A DNA stretch of 42,800 bases from Elusimicrobiota bacterium. Lineage in GTDB: Bacteria > Elusimicrobiota > UBA8919. The stretch lies in NCBI GenBank assembly GCA_043816185.1, contig JBDRIG010000112.1:1-42800 (forward strand), given 5' to 3'. Position numbers and translations under genes: made by a program. This document shows positions 26,473-34,319 of the stretch, piece after piece. How positions within the stretch are numbered: position 1 is the first letter of the stretch; each line of letters begins with the position of its first letter. The notes beneath the pieces are model-generated. The model did not search any database, had not been told where the DNA came from, and worked only from the letters and a program-made list of their open reading frames with translations.

Positions 26473-28356
26473 TTATTGACGACTTTTTTCAACAAAAATT
26501 ATTATACAAATTGAAAGCAGAGAAATCAATAAGCCAATCGTAAACAAAATTGGATTATATAAAAAAAATACTATATAATTTTTTGCATTTTGAAGTTTTA
26601 GTGAACGGAAAATTCTGTTTGCTTTTTCTATATTTGTTTTTTGTCCGTTTATATAAGCATTCCATCCTCGATAAAAAGTATCTGAAAGTATAAGTGTTCC
26701 TGAGTTTTGCGCTTCTATTTTTATTTTTTCTGGCAAATAAGAAATAATTTCTGCATTATATTTTTTTCCATTTTCGTCAATAACGTAACTTCTATCTTGA
26801 AATTTCTTGTTTTCGTAAATAAAAAGGTGACTTTTATGCACTAATTGCCAATTTTTCGAATTAAGAGTGTAATCGCTCAAAATGTATTTGATATTCAATA
26901 ATGAAAGCAACCCGCTTGCATCGTCCACATCTTTCTTCCTCTTAATTTCATAGATTAATTCATCCTGTTCATTTATTTCGAGTGGCTCACCAATTCCATT
27001 TGCATCAAAAAGGTGATAAGGGACTGAAATAATACCTGATAGCCGATCTCTTATTATATATATTCCAATATTGCCGTAGTCAGGTACTTTTATCGTTCTA
27101 ATTGCTGTTGTTTTTGGGGTTGAAAAAAATCTGAAATACGTTTTGTTTTTTGTAAGAAAATTTGCAATTAATCCGCGTTCAAAATAAAAACTATGCTCTA
27201 TTGTTGGATGTATTTTATAAATATAGAACGTAAGTTCGGATATAATTAAAATTGATAAAACTGCTGTTATTTTTTTTAATTTAGTAAGCCCTTCTACTGT
27301 TAAAATAATAAAAATAAAAAACGGAATGTAAAGTATCTGTGAAGGATATCTCATTAAATTAAATCCAGGTATGTAATTATAGGCAAGACCATATAAAGGA
27401 GTCAGTCGACCGACGGAAAAAAATAGCGAAAAGAAAATTAAAAATAAATACAATATCGTTTTTTTATGAACAATTATTTTTCTTTTGAAAAAAAATGATG
27501 CCACAGCGACAATAGATGCGCCAAAACCAATCCAAAATGATCTTAACCAAAAATATTTTTCTCCTACAAAAGAATCTGCCTCTTTTCCTAAAAATATTGG
27601 CGACATAATCGATAACCAATCAAAAAAATGCATTGCCCAAATGGAGGCATCTTCTATTTTTAGACCGCTCTTTCTCACTGAGTTCAATATTAGTTCCACG
27701 CCAGGTAAAATTTGAATTGCTGAAATAATAATAGTGGTAAAAATCACAAGTACCAATTTTTTTAATTTGTTCTCAACAAGTGCCTCTACAAAAAGAAATA
27801 TCATAATAAAAAATATGGTAGGTAAATAGCCTGCAAATAATGAAATTGCAATTGCTAAAGCACAAATAAATATATTGCCAGAAAAAAGAAGAATTATTAA
27901 AGGGAGCCATATACCTGTTCCAAATAGGCTTAAAAATTCAATCTTGGTAATAAAATATCCGCCAAACGAAAAAATTACACCACCGGCAATAGATGCAATT
28001 GTTTTTATTTTTTTTGAACGAAGATATAAAAACAAAAATAGTGCCGCAAGAAAAGTATGCCCAATAATATAAAGTTTAAGTCCAACTATAAATCCAAAAA
28101 TATAAAAGAATATAGAAAATGGATAAAAAACTGCTGTTTGAAAATTTGCTAAAAGAGGCATTCCACAGTATGAATATGGATTCCATAAAGGCATTCTTCC
28201 ATTCATTAACGACTCCGTCACTGCTGTTTTCCATGGATGAAAAATATATATCAGGTCTCGTATATAAAAAATTTTCTTGTGAAAAATAATTTCAGAATAC
28301 TGAAAAATTACTATAGCCAATAGAATAAAAATCCAGATTTTATCTCTTTTTAACAT
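26473..28356 (-). CDS. YfhO-family GT-C membrane glycosyltransferase
   Basis: 627-aa ORF carrying FYIRDLIYIFHPWKTAVTESLMNGRMPLWNPYSYCGMPLLANFQTAVFYPF, many TM helices, a periplasmic C-terminal domain and a terminal TM. Confidence 0.85.
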   Translation of the reverse strand: MLKRDKIWIFILLAIVIFQYSEIIFHKKIFYIRDLIYIFHPWKTAVTESLMNGRMPLWNPYSYCGMPLLANFQTAVFYPFSIFFYIFGFIVGLKLYIIGHTFLAALFLFLYLRSKKIKTIASIAGGVIFSFGGYFITKIEFLSLFGTGIWLPLIILLFSGNIFICALAIAISLFAGYLPTIFFIMIFLFVEALVENKLKKLVLVIFTTIIISAIQILPGVELILNSVRKSGLKIEDASIWAMHFFDWLSIMSPIFLGKEADSFVGEKYFWLRSFWIGFGASIVAVASFFFKRKIIVHKKTILYLFLIFFSLFFSVGRLTPLYGLAYNYIPGFNLMRYPSQILYIPFFIFIILTVEGLTKLKKITAVLSILIISELTFYIYKIHPTIEHSFYFERGLIANFLTKNKTYFRFFSTPKTTAIRTIKVPDYGNIGIYIIRDRLSGIISVPYHLFDANGIGEPLEINEQDELIYEIKRKKDVDDASGLLSLLNIKYILSDYTLNSKNWQLVHKSHLFIYENKKFQDRSYVIDENGKKYNAEIISYLPEKIKIEAQNSGTLILSDTFYRGWNAYINGQKTNIEKANRIFRSLKLQNAKNYIVFFLYNPILFTIGLLISLLSICIIIFVEKSRQ

Positions 28357-28368
28357 TTGTTTACCACC

Positions 28369-30330
28369 CTATCTATTATCTATTATTTTTTCAAGTTTTA
28401 CTGCCTCAATTTGATTACCGATTTTCCTATAAATCAAAGCAAGATTTTTTAAGTGATGTGGTTCTTTTTGTCCGTAAAACACTGCAAGTTTAGCGTATTT
28501 TAATGCTTCAGAATAATTCTTTTTCATAAAATAAATGGATGCCAAGTTGGAATATGTGTTTGCGTTTTCTCTGTTTATCTTCAACGAAAGATTATAATTA
28601 CAAATTGCATCACTAAACTCCCCCGCATTCATCTGTAAAAAACCAACTGAATTGTAAACAGTTGCTAAATCTATTGAGAGCAAGGTTTTTTCATAACCCG
28701 AAGATAAAGATGCACCACTAAAAAGTTTATAGGTTGCAATGATATCGTTATATTCTTTCAGAGCTACATCAATTTTACCTTGCCTTTCGTTCGCCTTTGC
28801 CAATAAATACTTTGCCATAAGGTAATTGGGCTCTATATCCAATGCTTTAGTAAAACAAGGTTCGGATTTACTAAATTCGTTTAAGTCGTAGTAAATATTG
28901 GCAAGTAGACTGATAGCGAATGGATTTTTTGGATTTAATTCAATAGATTTTTTTAAACTTTTTATTGCATTAAGGGTATCACCGGTAACGTAAAACAACT
29001 CTCCGATTATTCTTTGGTATTCGAAATTATTAGGCGAATATTTTATCGCCTTTTTATAAAATTCAAATGCTCTTTCTGGTTGTGTTTTGCGATAATTATT
29101 CCCAATCTTTTCGTATTTTTCCGTATTAAACGGTTTAACGAAAAAATTAACCATATTAAAAATTAAAATTGCTGCCAAAAACCACTGAATATATTTTTTG
29201 TTTATCTTTATTTCTTGTTCGTGATTTTTATAAAGAATATCACTTGATAAAATTATTGCAACAAAAACCAGTGCCGGTAAATGCAAATTAAAATCCACAA
29301 AAGAATGCCCTACTATTGACGATAAAACTACTGTTGAAATAGAAGAATTTTTAATTCCATTTTTGAAAATAATTACAAGAATAAACAAAAAAGCAAGCAA
29401 TGTAAAAAACCCACCTTCTGCTGCAATTTGCAAAAATTCGTTATGTGCAAATCGCGTATTCCTTGAATACCTCGAGATTAAATTACTGACTGGAAAATTA
29501 TATTTATAAAATGATAATTCAAAATTGCCAGGCCCTGTCCCAAAAACAGGTTTTTCTTTTATTACATCAATTGCTGTTTTCCATATCGCAGGTCTTTTTA
29601 ATGCGTAACTATCTCCACCTATTTTTGTAATATCTACAAGTGTCTTTTTAGGAATTGATATGAATATGATTAAAAGCCCGATACCAAAAATTACAAACCC
29701 CCATTTTTTGAACTTAAAATATATGACGGCAGCGATTCCACAAATGAGGGCAAAAAGTCCACCACGCGAGTGTGTTAAAATAATTGCAATCCAAAAAAAT
29801 AAAACTAAAAAGCAATATAATAGTTTTGATTTCAGTTTGTTTTTTTCTAAAATCAAAAGTGGTAAAACAAGTGATGCTCCTGCTGCAATATAACCTGCCG
29901 CCATATTTGGATTTGGCATTGTTGCCTTTGGTATAATTTTTAAAAATGTTTGAATAATGACAATCAGAGATAAAATAAAGGAAATAAAAATCAATCCCAT
30001 ATAAAAATATTTTTTGAAATTTTCGTCATATATGGAGACTACACAATAAAAAAAAACAATATATGAAATTAAAAGAATAACGATATTTATTGATGAATCG
30101 AGATAAACTGTATTTAAGGTTGAGAAAATAATGAGTATAAAAAATATAAAATTTGGAGCATCGATGTCGGTTTTTCGAAAATTAGAAATTATAAAAAACA
30201 AAGTGAAAATTACCGTCTCAAAAATGAAAACTGCTGTTGGGTCTTTTGAGCCATTGAAAAAAGGTGTCAATAAAATAGCGATGAGTGGCAAATAGTAAGT
30301 AATAAACATTAGAATCTTATTTTTTTGCAT
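28369..30330 (-). CDS. O-antigen ligase/polymerase-domain (Wzy_C) membrane protein fused to C-terminal TPR repeats
   Basis: Multi-TM N-terminal half with THSRGGLFALICG and RFAHNEFLQIAAEGG. The C-terminal ~270 aa consist of TPR repeats (for example YQRIIGELFYVTGDTLNAIKSLKKSIELNPKN). Confidence 0.85.
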   Translation of the reverse strand: MQKNKILMFITYYLPLIAILLTPFFNGSKDPTAVFIFETVIFTLFFIISNFRKTDIDAPNFIFFILIIFSTLNTVYLDSSINIVILLISYIVFFYCVVSIYDENFKKYFYMGLIFISFILSLIVIIQTFLKIIPKATMPNPNMAAGYIAAGASLVLPLLILEKNKLKSKLLYCFLVLFFWIAIILTHSRGGLFALICGIAAVIYFKFKKWGFVIFGIGLLIIFISIPKKTLVDITKIGGDSYALKRPAIWKTAIDVIKEKPVFGTGPGNFELSFYKYNFPVSNLISRYSRNTRFAHNEFLQIAAEGGFFTLLAFLFILVIIFKNGIKNSSISTVVLSSIVGHSFVDFNLHLPALVFVAIILSSDILYKNHEQEIKINKKYIQWFLAAILIFNMVNFFVKPFNTEKYEKIGNNYRKTQPERAFEFYKKAIKYSPNNFEYQRIIGELFYVTGDTLNAIKSLKKSIELNPKNPFAISLLANIYYDLNEFSKSEPCFTKALDIEPNYLMAKYLLAKANERQGKIDVALKEYNDIIATYKLFSGASLSSGYEKTLLSIDLATVYNSVGFLQMNAGEFSDAICNYNLSLKINRENANTYSNLASIYFMKKNYSEALKYAKLAVFYGQKEPHHLKNLALIYRKIGNQIEAVKLEKIIDNR

Positions 30331-31858
30331 TGTGGATTTCCTTTAATAAATTTTCATAACATTTTTCATAATAAACGGATTTTGGAGCCACATCCAAAGT
30401 TTTTTTCATCCATAAAACTGCATTTTGCATATCGCCACGTAAATAGCAACCATTAAATAAATCAAAATAAATTTGTGGATTATATTTTTGAAGTTTTGCT
30501 GCTGATAAAAGTTCTATTTCTGCTTCAAAAAGATATGATTTATAACTTGTTATTTTATAATATTGCTGATGAACATTTGAAAGAAAAAAATATGCCTGTG
30601 GGTTTTTATTATCGTATTTTATCGCATTTAGAAAATGTATTTCCGCAATATCATATTTTTTTTTATCAAAACAATATTTACCGATTGCCAAATTTCTGCT
30701 CGCTAAAAATATCATAACCTGTGAGTGAACTGTCCATAAAATTAAAAAAATAGCGATCCATCTAAAAATTGTCTTGTAATTTTGTGCCAATGGAATTGAT
30801 GTCAATCTTTCCTCGCTTGAACAACAGCAAAGCATTAACCAAAATAAAATAGCGTTTGCAGGAATTGTCAAAGTATAATCAAAAATACTATGAAAAAGCA
30901 TTGCAAAAATTGCTGCAAAAAATGGAATATTTTCTGACGTTTTTCTAAACTTGAAAATTTTTATAAGAAACCAAATAAAAGCAGTGAATCCAAAAACTCC
31001 AATTTCAGACGCTAACTGTAAAAAATAATTATGTGCATAAAGCGAGTTTAACCCAACTAATTTGTATTTTTGATAGGCATCCGCAAATGCCCCCAGACCA
31101 ACCCCACTTATAGGTCTTGCTAAAATCATTTTCCCTGCGGTAAGCCACCAGACAACACGATCAAAAGATTGTTTTTCAAAAAATTTAGCAATTAACAAAA
31201 AAATAATAATTCCGCAGATGATAAAAAGATATTTTTTTTGAATAACTATTTTTTTTAAGTATACAAAAAATAGAACTCCCAGAATCGCCGATATTAACCC
31301 TGCCATAGAACCTGTAAAAAAAAGAGCAAGAAAAAAAAGTGATAGTAGAATAATTCTTATTTTGTTTTGTGCAGACGAAAAAAATGTAGTTGTAAATGAG
31401 AAAGTAATAAGCATGCACCCGACCAAGTATCCCGCGAAAACATTAGGGTTATTCATAAACGATGGCGAATTGCCACAACTATTAAATTTCTGATAAAAAG
31501 CGTAAAGAGATAAAACAACCCCACTTATTAAAACAGGCACAATAATATATTTTCTATCAACATTTTTGGCAAAATAAAAAAACGCTATATATGTTAGGAT
31601 ATTAAAAAACTCGTTTTTTGATTCATACAAATTCGCCGATGAAAAAATTGAGATAAAACAGAAAAATAAAAACAGGAATAGAGGAACAGAGAGGGAATGA
31701 GAGAAGTGGAGGGAGATTTCCTTTTTCAAGATTGAGATTAAGATTAAAATTAAAATAAGTAAACGAATTATTGTTTGTATCCACAAATCCAACGAACCAC
31801 ACATCGCAGGTGTTATCAAAAGAATTAATGAAATTAGATAATTTACCCCGCCAATCAT
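30317..31858 (-). CDS. Second O-antigen ligase/polymerase-domain (Wzy_C) membrane protein with C-terminal TPR repeats (tandem paralog)
   Basis: Carries TGSMAGLISAILG and LYAHNYFLQLASEIGVFG, followed by TPR-like repeats (AEIHFLNAIKYDNKNPQAYFFLSNVH...). It overlaps the downstream paralog by 14 nt. Confidence 0.85.
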   Translation of the reverse strand: MIGGVNYLISLILLITPAMCGSLDLWIQTIIRLLILILILISILKKEISLHFSHSLSVPLFLFLFFCFISIFSSANLYESKNEFFNILTYIAFFYFAKNVDRKYIIVPVLISGVVLSLYAFYQKFNSCGNSPSFMNNPNVFAGYLVGCMLITFSFTTTFFSSAQNKIRIILLSLFFLALFFTGSMAGLISAILGVLFFVYLKKIVIQKKYLFIICGIIIFLLIAKFFEKQSFDRVVWWLTAGKMILARPISGVGLGAFADAYQKYKLVGLNSLYAHNYFLQLASEIGVFGFTAFIWFLIKIFKFRKTSENIPFFAAIFAMLFHSIFDYTLTIPANAILFWLMLCCCSSEERLTSIPLAQNYKTIFRWIAIFLILWTVHSQVMIFLASRNLAIGKYCFDKKKYDIAEIHFLNAIKYDNKNPQAYFFLSNVHQQYYKITSYKSYLFEAEIELLSAAKLQKYNPQIYFDLFNGCYLRGDMQNAVLWMKKTLDVAPKSVYYEKCYENLLKEIHNAKK

Positions 31859-32106
31859 AATATCTTGCCTTGTATAATAAATTTCAAGATTTGCAGATAA
31901 TCGTTTAAATCAGACTGTTTATAACGATAAACTGGATTACTGTTTAAAACAGTAAATAGATGATATTTTCAGATGACCATATTTGAGATGATTTCGTGGT
32001 GTGACGACGAAGATATATTTTTTACTGACCAGGAAGGAGCAACGCAGAAATCAGCTAAAGATGGTAGTTTCCAAATAGACGGGCAGTTCTGAGCTACAAC
32101 TACGAA

Positions 32107-32173
32107 ACTCGTCGTTTGTGTATTGTGGTAAATATATCACGCTCTTCATTACTCGTCGTTTGCGTATCGTGGT
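32107..32173. repeat. Two copies of a 23-nt direct repeat (21/23 identical) with a 44-nt period, in a 442-nt intergenic region
   Basis: The copies are actcgtcgtttgtgtattgtggt (32107-32129) and actcgtcgtttgcgtatcgtggt (32151-32173). A third tcgtggtg box lies at 31994-32001, next to gacgacgaag, which is an inverted copy of the cgtcgt part. Confidence 0.7.
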
Positions 32174-32300
32174 GAAACGCCTTCGCTATTCGTTCTTTAT
32201 TTCGCTTCAAACCCGTTTTACCAAAACCCACTCGCTTCAAAACTCACTATGTCAAAATTTGTTCTGTCAAAACGATATCTATTTATCACCTTGAGTAGTA

Positions 32301-32909
32301 TCACCACTTTTTGTATTTGCTGGATTTTTTTGCAGTTAAGAATTTATATATAAGATAGACAGCTAAAATCATTATGCCAAGTAATTGTAAGATTTTTAGA
32401 CGTGCAATCATCGTTCCTAAAAGAAGTGGAATGACTCCACAAAAAGGAAAAACATAATCAAGAAAATTTTTTGCACAACCACCTTTCTGAGTTTCATTTT
32501 CAACCAACGGTGGAATACTTAGCAGCGAAATTGCAACAAGTTCTTTTACCACTTTAATTAATACGGCATTGTTAGAATCTTTGACAAGTTTTGTCTCACA
32601 TTGCTTTACAAGTTCGTCAATTCGTTCTTGTTTAATCCCAAGCGAAATTATTGAATTGTATATCTCAGGATTATTTGGCTCTTTTGATAGGGCTTTTTCG
32701 TAGGCATCTTGAGCAAGAAGAAAAAAAGTATTCTCTTTTTCTATGTCACCTTTTATTTCATACGCCTGCCCCAATTTGTGGAGCGCCTGAGGATTTGTTA
32801 TGTCTATTTTTAGTGCTTTTTGGTATTCCGATATAGATAGTTCAATGCTACCCACTTTTTTGTAGACATCACCGTTTTTTATATGAATACCAATATCTTC
32901 ACTATCCAT
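32301..32909 (-). CDS. TPR-repeat protein with a C-terminal membrane anchor
   Basis: 202-aa ORF with TPR-like repeats (YQKALKIDITNPQALHKLGQAYEIKGD, AQDAYEKALSKEPNNPEIYNSI) and then two hydrophobic helices (VFPFCGVIPLLLGTMIA, LLGIMILAVYLIYKFL). Confidence 0.75.
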   Translation of the reverse strand: MDSEDIGIHIKNGDVYKKVGSIELSISEYQKALKIDITNPQALHKLGQAYEIKGDIEKENTFFLLAQDAYEKALSKEPNNPEIYNSIISLGIKQERIDELVKQCETKLVKDSNNAVLIKVVKELVAISLLSIPPLVENETQKGGCAKNFLDYVFPFCGVIPLLLGTMIARLKILQLLGIMILAVYLIYKFLTAKKSSKYKKW

Positions 32910-33160
32910 AAAATAACTCTCACTTTATTTGAGATTATGATGATAGCGACATAAAAACAGACAACAATGATAATTTTGTCTCTTATCGTCGTAATCGCTT
33001 TTTATAAATCACTATAATCAAAATCGTTGATGACCTTTTCTTCTTCGATGAAACCTATTTGAATAACGGTTTTAGTATATAAAATAATTGTTAACAAATC
33101 AAACTAAAAATAAAAAATTTGCTTGTGAGCGACTATAAATCGCCATTCACCTTATTTTAA

Positions 33161-33415
33161 TCGTCGAGCGAAGGAAAAGTTTCTGCAGAAGCTTCCCCCG
33201 ATTTATCGTGACACCTTTTTTTTTAATCGCAGGAGCGAGGGGATTGTTGCAGGGCTTCTCGGCAGGTCGGCATACGCATTCAGCCGACCGAGAGAGAGCG
33301 CTGCCCCTCGAGCAGATAGCGTCCCTGCGAGACAACTCCCGAGCACACTCCACACTACAAACTCTAATGAGGTAAGGTCTGGCAACCATCATGGAGTGGA
33401 TTTTTCTTCGACGAA
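33161..33415. ncRNA. Candidate structured non-coding RNA (~255 nt, GC-rich), family unresolved. The minus strand is favoured only because transcription there is co-directional.
   Basis: This is a GC island in AT-rich DNA: my hand count of 33231-33350 gives 76 G+C out of 120. The ends pair as tcgtcga (33161-33167) with tcgacga (33409-33415), and the stem extends through gaaggaaaa/ttttcttc. Nested internal helices are all Watson-Crick: CACUCC/GGAGUG, GGGA(G)UUGU/ACAAUCCC, GCAGGG/CCCUGC and GGUCGGC/GCCGACC. The ORFs across it (33147-33392 and 33203-33385) look non-coding. Confidence 0.5.
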
Positions 33416-33437
33416 GTCTTTTTGAGAAATAAATTCA

Positions 33438-34313
33438 TTACTCCAAATATGGCTCTACGTGAACAATTACATCTTTAATAAAAGATTTCTCTTTAATTAT
33501 GAATTCCTTTAAATTAGTCGCTATTTCATGTCCTTTTGATACGCTGTAATCCTTATGAACGAATATTGAAACATCTATTATGTAATTCCTTCCAATGGGA
33601 TGCACTCGCAAATTAGAAATTTTTTTTATTTCGGGATATTTTAAAATAAACTCTCTTATTTCCTTTACAAATTTTTCCGAAGGAATAGAATCCATTACTA
33701 TTTTATTGCTCTCGTTCATTATATTCACACCTGTTCTCATAATAAAAATCGATACGACCAAACTTGCAACTGGATCAAAAAAAAGCCATCCCATTCGAGC
33801 ACCCACGATACCAACAAACACACTCAACGACGATAGAACATCTGAACGATGATCGAAAGCATTTGTCTTGATAGCAGGTGAGTTTAAAATATTGCCAACT
33901 TTCAGAGTATATCTGTACAGCACTTCTTTTATTATTATTGTAATTATTGCAGCCCATAAAGCAATAGAATGGGGACGACTGTAATGTTTGTGAATTATGA
34001 TGTGAAAAGCTGAATATCCGATGAAAAAACCTGTCAACAACACAATAATAGAAACAATCCATGAAACAATAACTTCTATGTTTTCATGCCCATATGGATG
34101 TTCGTCATCCTCAGGTTTTTTAGCCATTTTTATACCAAAATAAACAATCGCAGATGTTAATACATCAAAAAGCGAATTGATGGCATCTGCAACCATCGCC
34201 TGACTATGGCCAAAAATCCCAACAAGAAACTTAAATATCAGCAGAATGCTATTTGAAATAAGTCCTATTGTTATGCAAACATATTCGTTTTTGAAATCGA
34301 TTTTTTTTGTCAT
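33438..34313 (-). CDS. Cation diffusion facilitator (CDF) family divalent-metal efflux transporter (CzcD/FieF-like)
   Basis: Carries GHSQAMVADAINSLFDVLTS, DDEHPYGHENIE and DHRSDVLSSL, with six hydrophobic helices and a C-terminal cytoplasmic domain. Confidence 0.9.
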   Translation of the reverse strand: MTKKIDFKNEYVCITIGLISNSILLIFKFLVGIFGHSQAMVADAINSLFDVLTSAIVYFGIKMAKKPEDDEHPYGHENIEVIVSWIVSIIVLLTGFFIGYSAFHIIIHKHYSRPHSIALWAAIITIIIKEVLYRYTLKVGNILNSPAIKTNAFDHRSDVLSSLSVFVGIVGARMGWLFFDPVASLVVSIFIMRTGVNIMNESNKIVMDSIPSEKFVKEIREFILKYPEIKKISNLRVHPIGRNYIIDVSIFVHKDYSVSKGHEIATNLKEFIIKEKSFIKDVIVHVEPYLE

Positions 34314-34319
34314 AATTAT

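Noticed and set aside
31859-31900. TTGAAA-17 nt-GATATT directly abutting the ATG at 31858, considered as a promoter
   Set aside because: The -10-like hexamer ends at the start codon, so transcription would begin inside the ORF. It is not credible unless a downstream start is used.
31973-32092. 39-codon plus-strand ORF (MTIFEMISWCDDEDIFFTDQEGATQKSAKDGSFQIDGQF) in the large spacer
   Set aside because: It would be the only plus-strand candidate in the window. It has no SD or promoter and no recognisable motif, and it overlaps the repeat boxes. It cannot be supported as a gene.
33185-33200. Adjacent PstI (ctgcag) and HindIII (aagctt) sites, suggesting cloning-vector polylinker contamination
   Set aside because: The flanking sequence does not match any polylinker I know, and the sites form part of a self-complementary RNA helix region. 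I consider this a coincidence.
33147-33392. 81-aa and 60-aa minus-strand ORFs across the GC-rich island
   Set aside because: The translations are Arg/Cys/Ala-rich nonsense and two overlapping frames are both open, which is what GC-rich structured RNA or DNA produces. There is no SD. I treated the region as non-coding.
33161-33415. Specific assignment of the GC-rich element to RNase P RNA, cobalamin riboswitch, tmRNA, SRP RNA or 6S RNA
   Set aside because: Only short word matches support these. GAAGAAAAAUCCACUCCA and GCAGAAAC recall RNase P CR-I and CR-V, and ACCUGCC recalls the B12 box. The element lacks P2, P3 and the S-domain. It lacks the GGGAA, GCCACUG and other B12 aptamer blocks. It lacks the tRNA-like ends and tag ORF of tmRNA, the GGAA/AGCA helix-8 motif of SRP RNA, and the single long irregular hairpin of 6S RNA. 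It needs cmscan.
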